Origin: Nemertoderma westbladi
Taxonomy: Eukaryota > Animalia > Xenacoelomorpha
Direction of reading: 5' to 3'
Assembly (NCBI GenBank): GCA_032718475.1
Contig: JAUCBJ010008979.1
Coordinates: 1 to 64,000, forward strand
Length of the DNA stretch: 64,000 bases
The translations under genes and the position numbers were made by a program. Positions within the stretch are counted from its first letter, which is position 1. Every line of letters starts with the position of its first letter. The notes under the pieces are model-generated. The model was not told the DNA's origin. It worked only from the letters and a program-made list of their open reading frames with translations, and did not search any database. Positions 35,801 to 50,800 of this stretch are shown here, piece after piece.

Positions 35801-38800
35801 TTACCGAGAAACGTGAAAGAAACATACGGAGAGCCAAGCAAGAAATGAGAATTACCAAGAAACGTGAAAGAAACATACGGAGAGCCAAGCAAGTCACGGA
35901 AATTACCGAGAAACGTGAAAGAAACATACGGAGAGACAAGCAAGAAATGAGAAATACCAAGAAACGTGAAAGAAACATAAGGAGAGCCAAGCAAGAAATG
36001 AGAATTACCAAGAAACGTGAAAGAAACATACGGAGAGCCAAGCAAGAAATTAGAATTACCGAGAAACGTGAAAGAAACATACAGAGCCAAGCAAGACACG
36101 GGAATTACCGAGAAACGTGAAAGAAACATACGGAGAGCCAAGCAAGAAATGAGAATTACCAAGAAACGTGAAAGAAACATACGGAGATACAAGCAAGAAA
36201 TGAGAATTATCAAGAAACGTGAAAGAATCATACGGAGAGCCAAGCAAGAAATGAGAATTACCAAGAAACGTGAAAGAAACATACAGAGCCAAGCAAGAAA
36301 TAAGAATTACCGAGAAACGTGAAAGAAACATACGGAGAGCCAAGCAAGAAATAAGAATTACCGAGAAAAGTGAAAGAAACATACGGAGAGCCAAGCAAGA
36401 AATTAGAATTACCGAGAAACGTGAAAGAAACATACGGAGAGCCAAGCAAGAAATAAGAATTACCGAGAAAAGTGAAAGAAACATACGGAGAGCCAAGCAA
36501 GAAATTAGAATTACCGAGAAAAGTGAAAGAAACATACGGAGAGCCAAGCAAGAAATTAGAATTACCGAGAAACGTGAAAGAAACATACAGAGCCAAGCAA
36601 GACACGGGAATTACCGAGAAACGTGAAAGAAACATACGGAGAGCAAAGCAAGACACGGGAATTACCGAGAAACGTGAAAGAAACATACGGAGAGCCAAGC
36701 AAGAAATGAGAATTACCAAGAAACGTGAAAGAAACATACGGAGAGCCAAGCAAGTCACGGAAATTACCGAGAAACGTGAAAGAAACATACGGAGAGACAA
36801 GCAAGAAATGAGAAATACCAAGAAACGTGAAAGAAACATAAGGAGAGCCAAGCAAGAAATGAGAATTACCAAGAAACGTGAAAGAAACATACGGAGAGCC
36901 AAGCAAGAAATTAGAATTACCGAGAAACGTGAAAGAAACATACAGAGCCAAGCAAGACACGGGAATTACCGAGAAACGTGAAAGAAACATACGGAGAGCC
37001 AAGCAAGAAATAAGAATTACCGAGAAAAGTGAAAGAAACATACGGAGAGCCAAGCAAGAAATGAGAAATACCGAGAAACGTGAAAGAAACATACAGAGCC
37101 AAGCAAGACACGGGAATTACCGAGAAACGTGAAAGAAACATACGGAGAGCCAAGCAAGAAATTAGAATTACCGAGAAACGTGAAAGAAACATACAGAGCC
37201 AAGCAAGAAATGAGAAATACCGAGAAAAGTGAAAGAAACATATGGAGAGACAAGCAAGAAATGAGAATTACCGAGAAAAGTGAAACAAACATACGGAGAT
37301 ACAAGCAAGAAATGAGAAATACCAAGAAACGTGAAAGAAACATAAGGAGAGCCAAGCAAGAAATGAGAATTACCAAGAAACGTGAAAGAAACATACGGAG
37401 AGCCAAGCAAGAAATGAGAATTACCAAGAAACGTGAAAGAAACATACGGAGAGCCAAGCAAGAAATTAGAATTACCGAGAAAAGTGAAAGAAACATACGG
37501 AGATACAAGCAAGAAATGAGAAATACCAAGAAACGTGAAAGAAACATAAGGAGAGCCAAGCAAGAAATGAGAATTACCAAGAAACGTGAAAGAAACATAC
37601 GGAGAGCCAAGCAAGAAATTAGAATTACCGAGAAACGTGAAAGAAACATACGGAGAGCCAAGCAAGACACGGGAATTACCGAGAAACGTGAAAGAAACAT
37701 ATGGAGAGCCAAGCAAGACACGGGAATTACCGAGAAACGTGAAAGAAACATACGGAGAGCCAAGCAAGAAATGAGAATTACCAAGAAACGTGAAAGAAAC
37801 ATACGGAGAGCCAAGCAAGAAATGAGAATTACCGAGAAAAGTGAAAGAAACATACGGAGAGCCAAGCAAGAAATGAGAATTACCGAGAAAAGTGAAAGAA
37901 ACATACGGAGAGCCAAGCAAGAAATGAGAATTACCGCGAAAAGTGAAAGAAACATACGGAGAGCCAAGCAAGAAATTAGAATTACCGAGAAACGTGAAAG
38001 AAACATACAGAGCCAAGCAAGACACGGGAATTACCGAGAAACGTGAAAGAAACATACGGAGAGCCAAGCAAGACACGGGAATTACCGAGAAACGTGAAAG
38101 AAACATACGGAGAGCCAAGCAAGAAATGAGAATTACCAAGAAACGTGAAAGAAACATACGGAGAGCCAAGCAAGTCACGGAAATTACCGAGAAACGTGAA
38201 AGAAACATACGGAGAGACAAGCAAGAAATGAGAAATACCAAGAAACGTGAAAGAAACATAAGGAGAGCCAAGCAAGAAATGAGAATTACCAAGAAACGTG
38301 AAAGAAACATACGGAGAGCCAAGCAAGAAATTAGAATTACCGAGAAACGTGAAAGAAACATACAGAGCCAAGCAAGACACGGGAATTACCGAGAAACGTG
38401 AAAGAAACATACGGAGAGCCAAGCAAGAAATGAGAATTACCAAGAAACGTGAAAGAAACATACGGAGATACAAGCAAGAAATGAGAATTATCAAGAAACG
38501 TGAAAGAATCATACGGAGAGCCAAGCAAGAAATGAGAATTACCAAGAAACGTGAAAGAAACATACAGAGCCAAGCAAGAAATAAGAATTACCGAGAAACG
38601 TGAAAGAAACATACGGAGAGCCAAGCAAGAAATAAGAATTACCGAGAAAAGTGAAAGAAACATACGGAGAGCCAAGCAAGAAATTAGAATTACCGAGAAA
38701 CGTGAAAGAAACATACGGAGAGCCAAGCAAGAAATAAGAATTACCGAGAAAAGTGAAAGAAACATACGGAGAGCCAAGCAAGAAATTAGAATTACCGAGA

Positions 38801-41800
38801 AAAGTGAAAGAAACATACGGAGAGCCAAGCAAGAAATTAGAATTACCGAGAAACGTGAAAGAAACATACAGAGCCAAGCAAGACACGGGAATTACCGAGA
38901 AACGTGAAAGAAACATACGGAGAGCCAAGCAAGAAATTAGAATTACCGAGAAACGTGAAAGAAACATACAGAGCCAAGCAAGACACGGGAATTACCGAGA
39001 AACGTGAAAGAAACATACGGAGAGCCAAGCAAGAAATTAGAATTACCAAGAAACGTGAAAGAAACATACAGAGCCAAGCAAGACACGGGAATTACCGAGA
39101 AACGTGAAAGAAACATACGGAGAGCCAAGCAAGAAATTAGAATTACCGAGAAACGTGAAAGAAACATACGGAGAGCCAAGCAAGAAATAAGAATTACCGA
39201 GAAACGTGAAAGAAACATACGGAGAGCCAAGCAAGAAATTAGAATTACCGAGAAACGTGAAAGAAACATACAGAGCCAAGCAAGAAATAAGAATTACCGA
39301 GAAACGTGAAAGAAACATACGGAGAGCCAAGCAAGAAATAAGAATTACCGAGAAAAGTGAAAGAAACATACGGAGAGCCAAGCAAGAAATTAGAATTACC
39401 GAGAAACGTGAAAGAAACATACGGAGAGCCAAGCAAGAAATAAGAATTACCGAGAAAAGTGAAAGAAACATACGGAGAGCCAAGCAAGAAATTAGAATTA
39501 CCGAGAAAAGTGAAAGAAACATACGGAGAGCCAAGCAAGAAATTAGAATTACCGAGAAACGTGAAAGAAACATACAGAGCCAAGCAAGACACGGGAATTA
39601 CCGAGAAACGTGAAAGAAACATACGGAGAGCCAAGCAAGAAATTAGAATTACCGAGAACCGTGAAAGAAACATACGGAGAGCCAAGCAAGAAATAAGAAT
39701 TACCGAGAAAAGTGAAAGAAACATACGGAGAGCCAAGCAAGAAATAAGAATTACCAAGAAACGTGAAAGAAACATACGGAGAGCCAAGCAAGAAATGAAA
39801 ATTACCAAGAAACATGAAAGAAACATACGGAGAGCCAAGCAAGAAATGAAAATTACCAAGAAACGTGAAAGAAACATAAGGAGAGCCAAGCAAGAAATGA
39901 GAATTACCGAGAAAAGTGAAAGAAACATACGGAGAGCCAAGCAAGAAATTAGAATTACCGAGAAACGTGAAAGAAACATACAGAGCCAAGCAAGACACGG
40001 GAATTACCGAGAAACGTGAAAGAAACATACGGAGAGCCAAGCAAAAAATGAGAATTACCAAGAAACGTGAAAGAAACATAAGGAGAGCCAAGCAAGAAAT
40101 GAGAATTACCGAGAAAAGTGAAAGAAACATACGGAGAGCCAAGCAAGAAATTAGAATTACCGAGAAACGTGAAAGAAACATACAGAGCCAAGCAAGACAC
40201 GGGAATTACCGAGAAACGTGAAAGAAACATACGGAGAGCCAAGCAAGAAATTAGAATTACCGAGAAACGTGAAAGAAACATACAGAGCCAAGCAAGACAC
40301 GGGAATTACCGAGAAACGTGAAAGAAACATACGGAGAGCCAAGCAAGAAATTAGAATTACCGAGAAACGTGAAAGAAACATACGGAGAGCCAAGCAAGAA
40401 ATGAGAATTACCAAGAAACGTGAAAGAAACATACGGAGATACAAGCAAGAAATGAGAATTATCAAGAAACGTGAAAGAATCATACGGAGAGCCAAGCAAG
40501 AAATGGGAATTACCGAGAAAAGTGAAAGAAACATACGGAGAGCCAAGCAAGAAATGAGAATTACCGAGAAAAGTGAAAGAAACATACGGAGAGCCAAGCA
40601 AGAAATGAGAATTACCGAGAAAAGTGAAAGAAACATACGGAGAGCCAAGCAAGAAATTAGAATTACCGAGAAACGTGAAAGAAACATACAGAGCCAAGCA
40701 AGACACGGGAATTACCGAGAAACGTGAAAGAAACATACGGAGAGCCAAGCAAGAAATTAGAATTACCGAGAAACGTGAAAGAAACATACGGAGAGCCAAG
40801 CAAGAAATAAGAATTACCGAGAAAAGTGAAAGAAACATACGGAGAGCCAAGCAAGAAATAAGTATTACCAAGAAACGTGAAAGAAACATACGGAGAGCCA
40901 AGCAAGAAATAAGAATTACCGAGAAAAGTGAAAGAAACATACGGAGAGCCAAGCAAGAAATTAGAATTACCGAGAAACGTGAAAGAAACATACAGAGCCA
41001 AGCAAGACACGGGAATTACCGAGAAACGTGAAAGAAACATACGGAGAGCCAAGCAAGAAATTAGAATTACCGAGAAACGTGAAAGAAACATACAGAGCCA
41101 AGCAAGACACGGGAATTACCGAGAAACGTGAAAGAAACATACGGAGAGCCAAGCAAGAAATAAGAATTACCGAGAAAAGTGAAAGAAACATACGGAGAGC
41201 CAAGCAAGAAATTAGAATTACCGAGAAACGTGAAAGAAACATACAGAGCCAAGCAAGACACGGGAATTACCGAGAAACGTGAAAGAAACATACGGAGAGC
41301 CAAGCAAGAAATTAGAATTACCGAGAAACGTGAAAGAAACATACAGAGCCAAGCAAGACACGGGAATTACCGAGAAACGTGAAAGAAACATACGGAGAGC
41401 CAAGCAAGAAATAAGAATTACCGAGAAACGTGAAAGAAACATACAGAGCCAAGCAAGACACGGGAATTACCGAGAAACGTGAAAGAAACATACGGAGAGC
41501 CAAGCAAGAAATTAGAATTACCGAGAAACGTGAAAGAAACATACAGAGCCAAGCAAGACACGGGAATTACCGAGAAACGTGAAAGAAACATACGGAGAGC
41601 CAAGCAAGAAATTAGAATTACCGAGAAACGTGAAAGAAACATACAGAGCCAAGCAAGACACGGGAATTACCGAGAAACGTGAAAGAAACATACGGAGAGC
41701 CAAGCAAGAAATTAGAATTACCGAGAAACGTGAAAGAAACATACGGAGAGCCAAGCAAGAAATAAGAATTACCGAGAAACGTGAAAGAAACATACGGAGA

Positions 41801-44800
41801 GCCAAGCAAGAAATTAGAATTACCGAGAAACGTGAAAGAAAAATACAGAGCCAAGCAAGAAATAAGAATTACCGAGAAACGTGAAAGAAACATACGGAGA
41901 GCCAAGCAAGAAATAAGAATTACCGAGAAAAGTGAAAGAAACATACTGAGAGCCAAGCAAGAAATTAGAATTACCGAGAAACGTGAAAGAAACATACGGA
42001 GAGCCAAGCAAGAAATAAGAATTACCGAGAAAAGTGAAAGAAACATACGGAGAGCCAAGCAAGAAATTAGAATTACCGAGAAAAGTGAAAGAAACATACG
42101 GAGAGCCAAGCAAGAAATTAGAATTACCGAGAAACGTGAAAGAAACATACAGAGCCAAGCAAGACACGGGAATTACCGAGAAACGTGAAAGAAACATACG
42201 GAGAGCCAAGCAAGAAATTAGAATTACCGAGAAACGTGAAAGAAACATACGGAGAGCCAAGCAAGAAATAAGAATTACCGAGAAAAGTGAAAGAAACATA
42301 CGGAGAGCCAAGCAAGAAATAAGAATTACCAAGAAACGTGAAAGAAACATACGGAGAGCCAAGCAAGAAATGAAAATTACCAAGAAACATGAAAGAAACA
42401 TACGGAGAGCCAAGCAAGAAATGAAAATTACCAAGAAACGTGAAAGAAACATAAGGAGAGCCAAGCAAGAAATGAGAATTACCGAGAAAAGTGAAAGAAA
42501 CATACGGAGAGCCAAGCAAGAAATTAGAATTACCGAGAAACGTGAAAGAAACATACAGAGCCAAGCAAGACACGGGAATTACCGAGAAACGTGAAAGAAA
42601 CATACGGAGAGCCAAGCAAAAAATGAGAATTACCAAGAAACGTGAAAGAAACATAAGGAGAGCCAAGCAAGAAATGAGAATTACCGAGAAAAGTGAAAGA
42701 AACATACGGAGAGCCAAGCAAGAAATTAGAATTACCGAGAAACGTGAAAGAAACATACAGAGCCAAGCAAGACACGGGAATTACCGAGAAACGTGAAAGA
42801 AACATACGGAGAGCCAAGCAAGAAATTAGAATTACCGAGAAACGTGAAAGAAACATACAGAGCCAAGCAAGACACGGGAATTACCGAGAAACGTGAAAGA
42901 AACATACGGAGAGCCAAGCAAGAAATAAGAATTACCGAGAAAAGTGAAAGAAACATACGGAGAGCCAAGCAAGAAATTAGAATTACCGAGAAACGTGAAA
43001 GAAACATACAGAGCCAAGCAAGACACGGGAATTACCGAGAAACGTGAAAGAAACATACGGAGAGCCAAGCAAGAAATTAGAATTACCGAGAAACGTGAAA
43101 GAAACATACAGAGCCAAGCAAGACACGGGAATTACCGAGAAACGTGAAAGAAACATACGGAGAGCCAAGCAAGAAATTAGAATTACCGAGAAACGTGAAA
43201 GAAACATACAGAGCCAAGCAAGACACGGGAATTACCGAGAAACGTGAAAGAAACATACGGAGAGCCAAGCAAGAAATAAGAATTACCGAGAAAAGTGAAA
43301 GAAACATACGGAGAGCCAAGCAAGAAATTAGAATTACCGAGAAACGTGAAAGAAACATACAGAGCCAAGCAAGACACGGGAATTACCGAGAAACGTGAAA
43401 GAAACATACGGAGAGCCAAGCAAGAAATTAGAATTACCGAGAAACGTGAAAGAAACATACAGAGCCAAGCAAGACACGGGAATTACCGAGAAACGTGAAA
43501 GAAACATACGGAGAGCCAAGCAAGAAATAAGAATTACCGAGAAACGTGAAAGAAACATACAGAGCCAAGCAAGACACGGGAATTACCGAGAAACGTGAAA
43601 GAAACATACGGAGAGCCAAGCAAGAAATTAGAATTACCGAGAAACGTGAAAGAAACATACAGAGCCAAGCAAGACACGGGAATTACCGAGAAACGTGAAA
43701 GAAACATACGGAGAGCCAAGCAAGAAATTAGAATTACCGAGAAACGTGAAAGAAACATACAGAGCCAAGCAAGACACGGGAATTACCGAGAAACGTGAAA
43801 GAAACATACGGAGAGCCAAGCAAGAAATTAGAATTACCGAGAAACGTGAAAGAAACATACGGAGAGCCAAGCAAGAAATAAGAATTACCGAGAAACGTGA
43901 AAGAAACATACGGAGAGCCAAGCAAGAAATTAGAATTACCGAGAAACGTGAAAGAAAAATACAGAGCCAAGCAAGAAATAAGAATTACCGAGAAACGTGA
44001 AAGAAACATACGGAGAGCCAAGCAAGAAATAAGAATTACCGAGAAAAGTGAAAGAAACATACTGAGAGCCAAGCAAGAAATTAGAATTACCGAGAAACGT
44101 GAAAGAAACATACGGAGAGCCAAGCAAGAAATAAGAATTACCGAGAAAAGTGAAAGAAACATACGGAGAGCCAAGCAAGAAATTAGAATTACCGAGAAAA
44201 GTGAAAGAAACATACGGAGAGCCAAGCAAGAAATTAGAATTACCGAGAAACGTGAAAGAAACATACAGAGCCAAGCAAGACACGGGAATTACCGAGAAAC
44301 GTGAAAGAAACATACGGAGAGCCAAGCAAGAAATTAGAATTACCGAGAAACGTGAAAGAAACATACGGAGAGCCAAGCAAGAAATAAGAATTACCGAGAA
44401 AAGTGAAAGAAACATACGGAGAGCCAAGCAAGAAATAAGAATTACCAAGAAACGTGAAAGAAACATACGGAGAGCCAAGCAAGAAATGAAAATTACCAAG
44501 AAACATGAAAGAAACATACGGAGAGCCAAGCAAGAAATGAAAATTACCAAGAAACGTGAAAGAAACATAAGGAGAGCCAAGCAAGAAATGAGAATTACCG
44601 AGAAAAGTGAAAGAAACATACGGAGAGCCAAGCAAGAAATTAGAATTACCGAGAAACGTGAAAGAAACATACAGAGCCAAGCAAGACACGGGAATTACCG
44701 AGAAACGTGAAAGAAACATACGGAGAGCCAAGCAAAAAATGAGAATTACCAAGAAACGTGAAAGAAACATAAGGAGAGCCAAGCAAGAAATGAGAATTAC

Positions 44801-47800
44801 CGAGAAAAGTGAAAGAAACATACGGAGAGCCAAGCAAGAAATTAGAATTACCGAGAAACGTGAAAGAAACATACAGAGCCAAGCAAGACACGGGAATTAC
44901 CGAGAAACGTGAAAGAAACATACGGAGAGCCAAGCAAGAAATTAGAATTACCGAGAAACGTGAAAGAAACATACAGAGCCAAGCAAGACACGGGAATTAC
45001 CGAGAAACGTGAAAGAAACATACGGAGAGCCAAGCAAGAAATAAGAATTACCGAGAAAAGTGAAAGAAACATACGGAGAGCCAAGCAAGAAATTAGAATT
45101 ACCGAGAAACGTGAAAGAAACATACAGAGCCAAGCAAGACACGGGAATTACCGAGAAACGTGAAAGAAACATACGGAGAGCCAAGCAAGAAATTAGAATT
45201 ACCGAGAAACGTGAAAGAAACATACAGAGCCAAGCAAGACACGGGAATTACCGAGAAACGTGAAAGAAACATACGGAGAGCCAAGCAAGAAATAAGAATT
45301 ACCGAGAAACGTGAAAGAAACATACAGAGCCAAGCAAGACACGGGAATTACCGAGAAACGTGAAAGAAACATACGGAGAGCCAAGCAAGAAATTAGAATT
45401 ACCGAGAAACGTGAAAGAAACATACAGAGCCAAGCAAGACACGGGAATTACCGAGAAACGTGAAAGAAACATACGGAGAGCCAAGCAAGAAATGAGAATT
45501 ACCGAGAAAAGTGAAAGAAACATACGGAGAGCCAAGCAAGAAATGAGAATTACCGAGAAAAGTGAAAGAAACATACGGAGAGACAAGCAAGAAATAAGAA
45601 TTACCGAGAAACGTGAAAGAAACATACAGAGCCAAGCAAGACACGGGAATTACCGAGAAACGTGAAAGAAACATACGGAGAGCCAAGCAAGAAATTAGAA
45701 TTACCGAGAAACGTGAAAGAAACATACAGAGCCAAGCAAGACACGGGAATTACCGAGAAACGTGAAAGAAACATACGGAGAGCCAAGCAAGAAATTAGAA
45801 TTACCGAGAAACGTGAAAGAAACATACGGAGAGCCAAGCAAGAAATAAGAATTACCGAGAAACGTGAAAGAAACATACGGAGAGCCAAGCAAGAAATTAG
45901 AATTACCGAGAAACGTGAAAGAAACATACAGAGCCAAGCAAGAAATAAGAATTACCGAGAAACGTGAAAGAAACATACGGAGAGCCAAGCAAGAAATAAG
46001 AATTACCGAGAAAAGTGAAAGAAACATACGGAGAGCCAAGCAAGAAATTAGAATTACCGAGAAACGTGAAAGAAACATACGGAGAGCCAAGCAAGAAATA
46101 AGAATTACCGAGAAAAGTGAAAGAAACATACGGAGAGCCAAGCAAGAAATGAGAAATACCGAGAAAAGTGAAAGAAACATACGGAGAGCCAAGCAAGAAA
46201 TAAGAATTACCGAGAAAAGTGAAAGAAACATACGGAGAGCCAAGCAAGAAATTAGAATTACCGAGAAAAGTGAAAGAAACATACGGAGAGCCAAGCAAGA
46301 AATTAGAATTACCGAGAAACGTGAAAGAAACATACAGAGCCAAGCAAGACACGGGAATTACCGAGAAACGTGAAAGAAACATACGGAGAGCCAAGCAAGA
46401 AATTAGAATTACCGAGAAACGTGAAAGAAACATACGGAGAGCCAAGCAAGAAATAAGAATTACCGAGAAAAGTGAAAGAAACATACGGAGAGCCAAGCAA
46501 GAAATGAGAAATACCGAGAAAAGTGAAAGAAACATACGGAGAGCCAAGCAAGAAATAAGAATTACCGAGAAAAGTGAAAGAAACATACGGAGAGCCAAGC
46601 AAGAAATTAGAATTACCAAGAAATATGAAAGAAACATACGGAGAGCCAAGCAAGAAATGAGAATTACCGAGAAAAGTGAAAGAAACATACGGAGAGCCAA
46701 GCAAGAAATTAGAATTACCGAGAAACGTGAAAGAAACATACGGAGAGCCAAGCAAGAAATAAGAATTACCGAGAAACGTGAAAGAAACATACGGAGAGCC
46801 AAGCAAGAAATTAGAATTACCGAGAAAAGTGAAAGAAACATACGGAGAGCCAAGCAAGAAATTAGAATTACCGAGAAACGTGAAAGAAACATACAGAGCC
46901 AAGCAAGACACGGGAATTACCGAGAAACGTGAAAGAAACATACGGAGAGCCAAGCAAGAAATTAGAATTACCGAGAAACGTGAAAGAAACATACGGAGAG
47001 CCAAGCAAGAAATAAGAATTACCGAGAAAAGTGAAAGAAACATACGGAGAGCCAAGCAAGAAATAAGAATTACCAAGAAACGTGAAAGAAACATACGGAG
47101 AGCCAAGCAAGAAATGAGAATTACCAAGAAACGTGAAAGAAACATACGGAGAGCCAAGCAAGAAATAAGAATTACCGAGAAAAGTGAAAGAAACATACGG
47201 AGAGCCAAGCAAGAAATTAGAATTACCGAGAAACGTGAAAGAAACATACGGAGAGCCAAGCAAGAAATAAGAATTACCAAGAAACGTGAAAGAAACATAC
47301 GGAGAGCCAAGCAAGAAATAAGAATTACCGAGAAAAGTGAAAGAAACATACGGAGAGCCAAGCAAGAAATTAGAATTACCGAGAAACGTGAAAGAAACAT
47401 ACGGAGAGCCAAGCAAGAAATAAGAATTACCGAGAAAAGTGAAAGAAACATACGGAGAGCCAAGCAAGAAATGAGAAATACCGAGAAAAGTGAAAGAAAC
47501 ATACGGAGAGCCAAGCAAGAAATTAGAATTACCGAGAAACGTGAAAGAAACATACGGAGAGCCAAGCAAGAAATAAGAATTACCGAGAAAAGTGAAAGAA
47601 ACATACGGAGAGACAAGCAAGAAATAAGAATTACCGAGAAAAGTGAAAGAAACATACGGAGAGCCAAGCAAGAAATAAGAATTACCGAGAAAAGTGAAAG
47701 AAACATACGGAGAGCCAAGCAAGAAATAAGAATTACCGAGAAAAGTGAAAGAAACATACGGAGAGCCACGCAAGAAATGAGAATTACAAAGAAACATGAA

Positions 47801-50800
47801 AGAAACATACGGAGAGCCAAGCAAGAAATGAGAAATACCGAGAAAAGTGAAAGAAACATACGGAGAGCCAAGCAAGAAATTAGAATTACCGAGAAACGTG
47901 AAAGAAACATACGGAGAGCCAAGCAAGAAATAAGAATTACCGAGAAAAGTGAAAGAAACATACGGAGAGACAAGCAAGAAATAAGAATTACCGAGAAAAG
48001 TGAAAGAAACATACGGAGAGCCAAGCAAGAAATAAGAATTACCGAGAAAAGTGAAAGAAACATACGGAGAGACAAGCAAGAAATAAGAATTACCGAGAAA
48101 AGTGAAAGAAACATACGGAGAGCCAAGCAAGAAATTAGAATTACCGAGAAACGTGAAAGAAACATACGGAGAGCCAAGCAAGAAATAAGAATTACCGAGA
48201 AAAGTGAAAGAAACATACGGAGAGCCAAGCAAGAAATGAGAAATACCGAGAAAAGTGAAAGAAACATACGGAGAGCCAAGCAAGAAATTAGAATTACCGA
48301 GAAACGTGAAAGAAACATACGGAGAGCCAAGCAAGAAATAAGAATTACCGAGAAAAGTGAAAGAAACATACGGAGAGACAAGCAAGAAATAAGAATTACC
48401 GAGAAAAGTGAAAGAAACATACGGAGAGCCAAGCAAGAAATAAGAATTACCGAGAAAAGTGAAAGAAACATACGGAGAGACAAGCAAGAAATGAGAATTA
48501 CCGAGAAAAGTGAAAGAAACATACGGAGAGCCAAGCAAGAAATAAGAATTACCGAGAAAAGTGAAAGAAACATACGAAGAGCCAAGCAAGAAATGAAAAT
48601 TACCAAGAAACATGAAAGAAACATACGGAGAGCCAAGCAAGAAATGAAAATTACCAAGAAACGTGAAAGAAACATAAGGAGAGCCAAGCAAGAAATGAAA
48701 ATTACCGAGAAAAGTGAAAGAAACATACGGAGAGCCAAGCAAGAAATTAGAATTACCGAGAAACGTGAAAGAAACATACAGAGCCAAGCAAGACACGGGA
48801 ATTACCGAGAAACGTGAAAGAAACATACGGAGAGCCAAGCAAAAAATGAGAATTACCAAGAAACGTGAAAGAAACATAAGGAGACCCAAGCAAGAAATGA
48901 GAATTACCGAGAAAAGTGAAAGAAACATACGGAGAGCCAAGCAAGAAATTAGAATTACCGAGAAACGTGAAAGAAACATACAGAGCCAAGCAAGACACGG
49001 GAATTACCGAGAAACGTGAAAGAAACATACGGAGAGCCAAGCAAGAAATTAGAATTACCGAGAAACGTGAAAGAAACATACAGAGCCAAGCAAGACACGG
49101 GAATTACCGAGAAACGTGAAAGAAACATACGGAGAGCCAAGCAAGAAATAAGAATTACCGAGAAAAGTGAAAGAAACATACGGAGAGCCAAGCAAGAAAT
49201 TAGAATTACCGAGAAACGTGAAAGAAACATACAGAGCCAAGCAAGACACGGGAATTACCGAGAAACGTGAAAGAAACATACGGAGAGCCAAGCAAGAAAT
49301 TAGAATTACCGAGAAACGTGAAAGAAACATACAGAGCCAAGCAAGACACGGGAATTACCGAGAAACGTGAAAGAAACATACGGAGAGCCAAGCAAGAAAT
49401 AAGAATTACCGAGAAACGTGAAAGAAACATACAGAGCCAAGCAAGACACGGGAATTACCGAGAAACGTGAAAGAAACATACGGAGAGCCAAGCAAGAAAT
49501 TAGAATTACCGAGAAACGTGAAAGAAACATACAGAGCCAAGCAAGACACGGGAATTACCGAGAAACGTGAAAGAAACATACGGAGAGCCAAGCAAGAAAT
49601 GAGAATTACCGAGAAAAGTGAAAGAAACATACGGAGAGCCAAGCAAGAAATGAGAATTACCGAGAAAAGTGAAAGAAACATACGGAGAGACAAGCAAGAA
49701 ATAAGAATTACCGAGAAACGTGAAAGAAACATACAGAGCCAAGCAAGACACGGGAATTACCGAGAAACGTGAAAGAAACATACGGAGAGCCAAGCAAGAA
49801 ATTAGAATTACCGAGAAACGTGAAAGAAACATACAGAGCCAAGCAAGACACGGGAATTACCGAGAAACGTGAAAGAAACATACGGAGAGCCAAGCAAGAA
49901 ATTAGAATTACCGAGAAACGTGAAAGAAACATACGGAGAGCCAAGCAAGAAATAAGAATTACCGAGAAACGTGAAAGAAACATACGGAGAGCCAAGCAAG
50001 AAATAAGAATTACCGAGAAAAGTGAAAGAAACATACGGAGAGCCAAGCAAGAAATTAGAATTACCGAGAAACGTGAAAGAAACATACAGAGCCAAGCAAG
50101 AAATTAGAATTACCGAGAAACGTGAAAGAAACATACGGAGAGCCAAGCAAGAAATAAGAATTACCGAGAAACGTGAAAGAAACATACGGAGAGCCAAGCA
50201 AGAAATTAGAATTACCGAGAAACGTGAAAGAAACATACGGAGAGCCAAGCAAGAAATTAGAATTACCGAGAAACGTGAAAGAAACATACGGAGAGCCAAG
50301 CAAGAAATTAGAATTACCGAGAAACGTGAAAGAAACATACAGAGCCAAGCAAGACACGGGAATTACCGAGAAACGTGAAAGAAACTTATGGAGAGCCAAG
50401 CAAGAAATAAGAATTACCAAGAAAAGTGAAAGAAACATACGGAGAGCCAAGCGAGAAATGAGAATTACCAAGAAACGTGAAAGAAACATACGGAGAGCCA
50501 AGCAAGAAATTAGAATTACCGAGAAAAGTGAAAGAAACATACGGAGAGTCAAGCAAGTCACGGAAATTACCGAGAAACGTGAAAGAAACATACGGAGAGC
50601 CAAGCAAGAAATGAGAAATACCGAGAAACGTGAAAGAAACATACAGAGCCAAGCAAGAAATTAGAATTACCGAGAAACGTGAAAGAAACATACAGAGCCA
50701 AGCAAGACACGGGAATTACCGAGAAACGTGAAAGAAACTTACGGAGAGCCAAGCAAGAAATAAGAATTACCGAGAAACGTGAAAGAAACATACGGAGAGC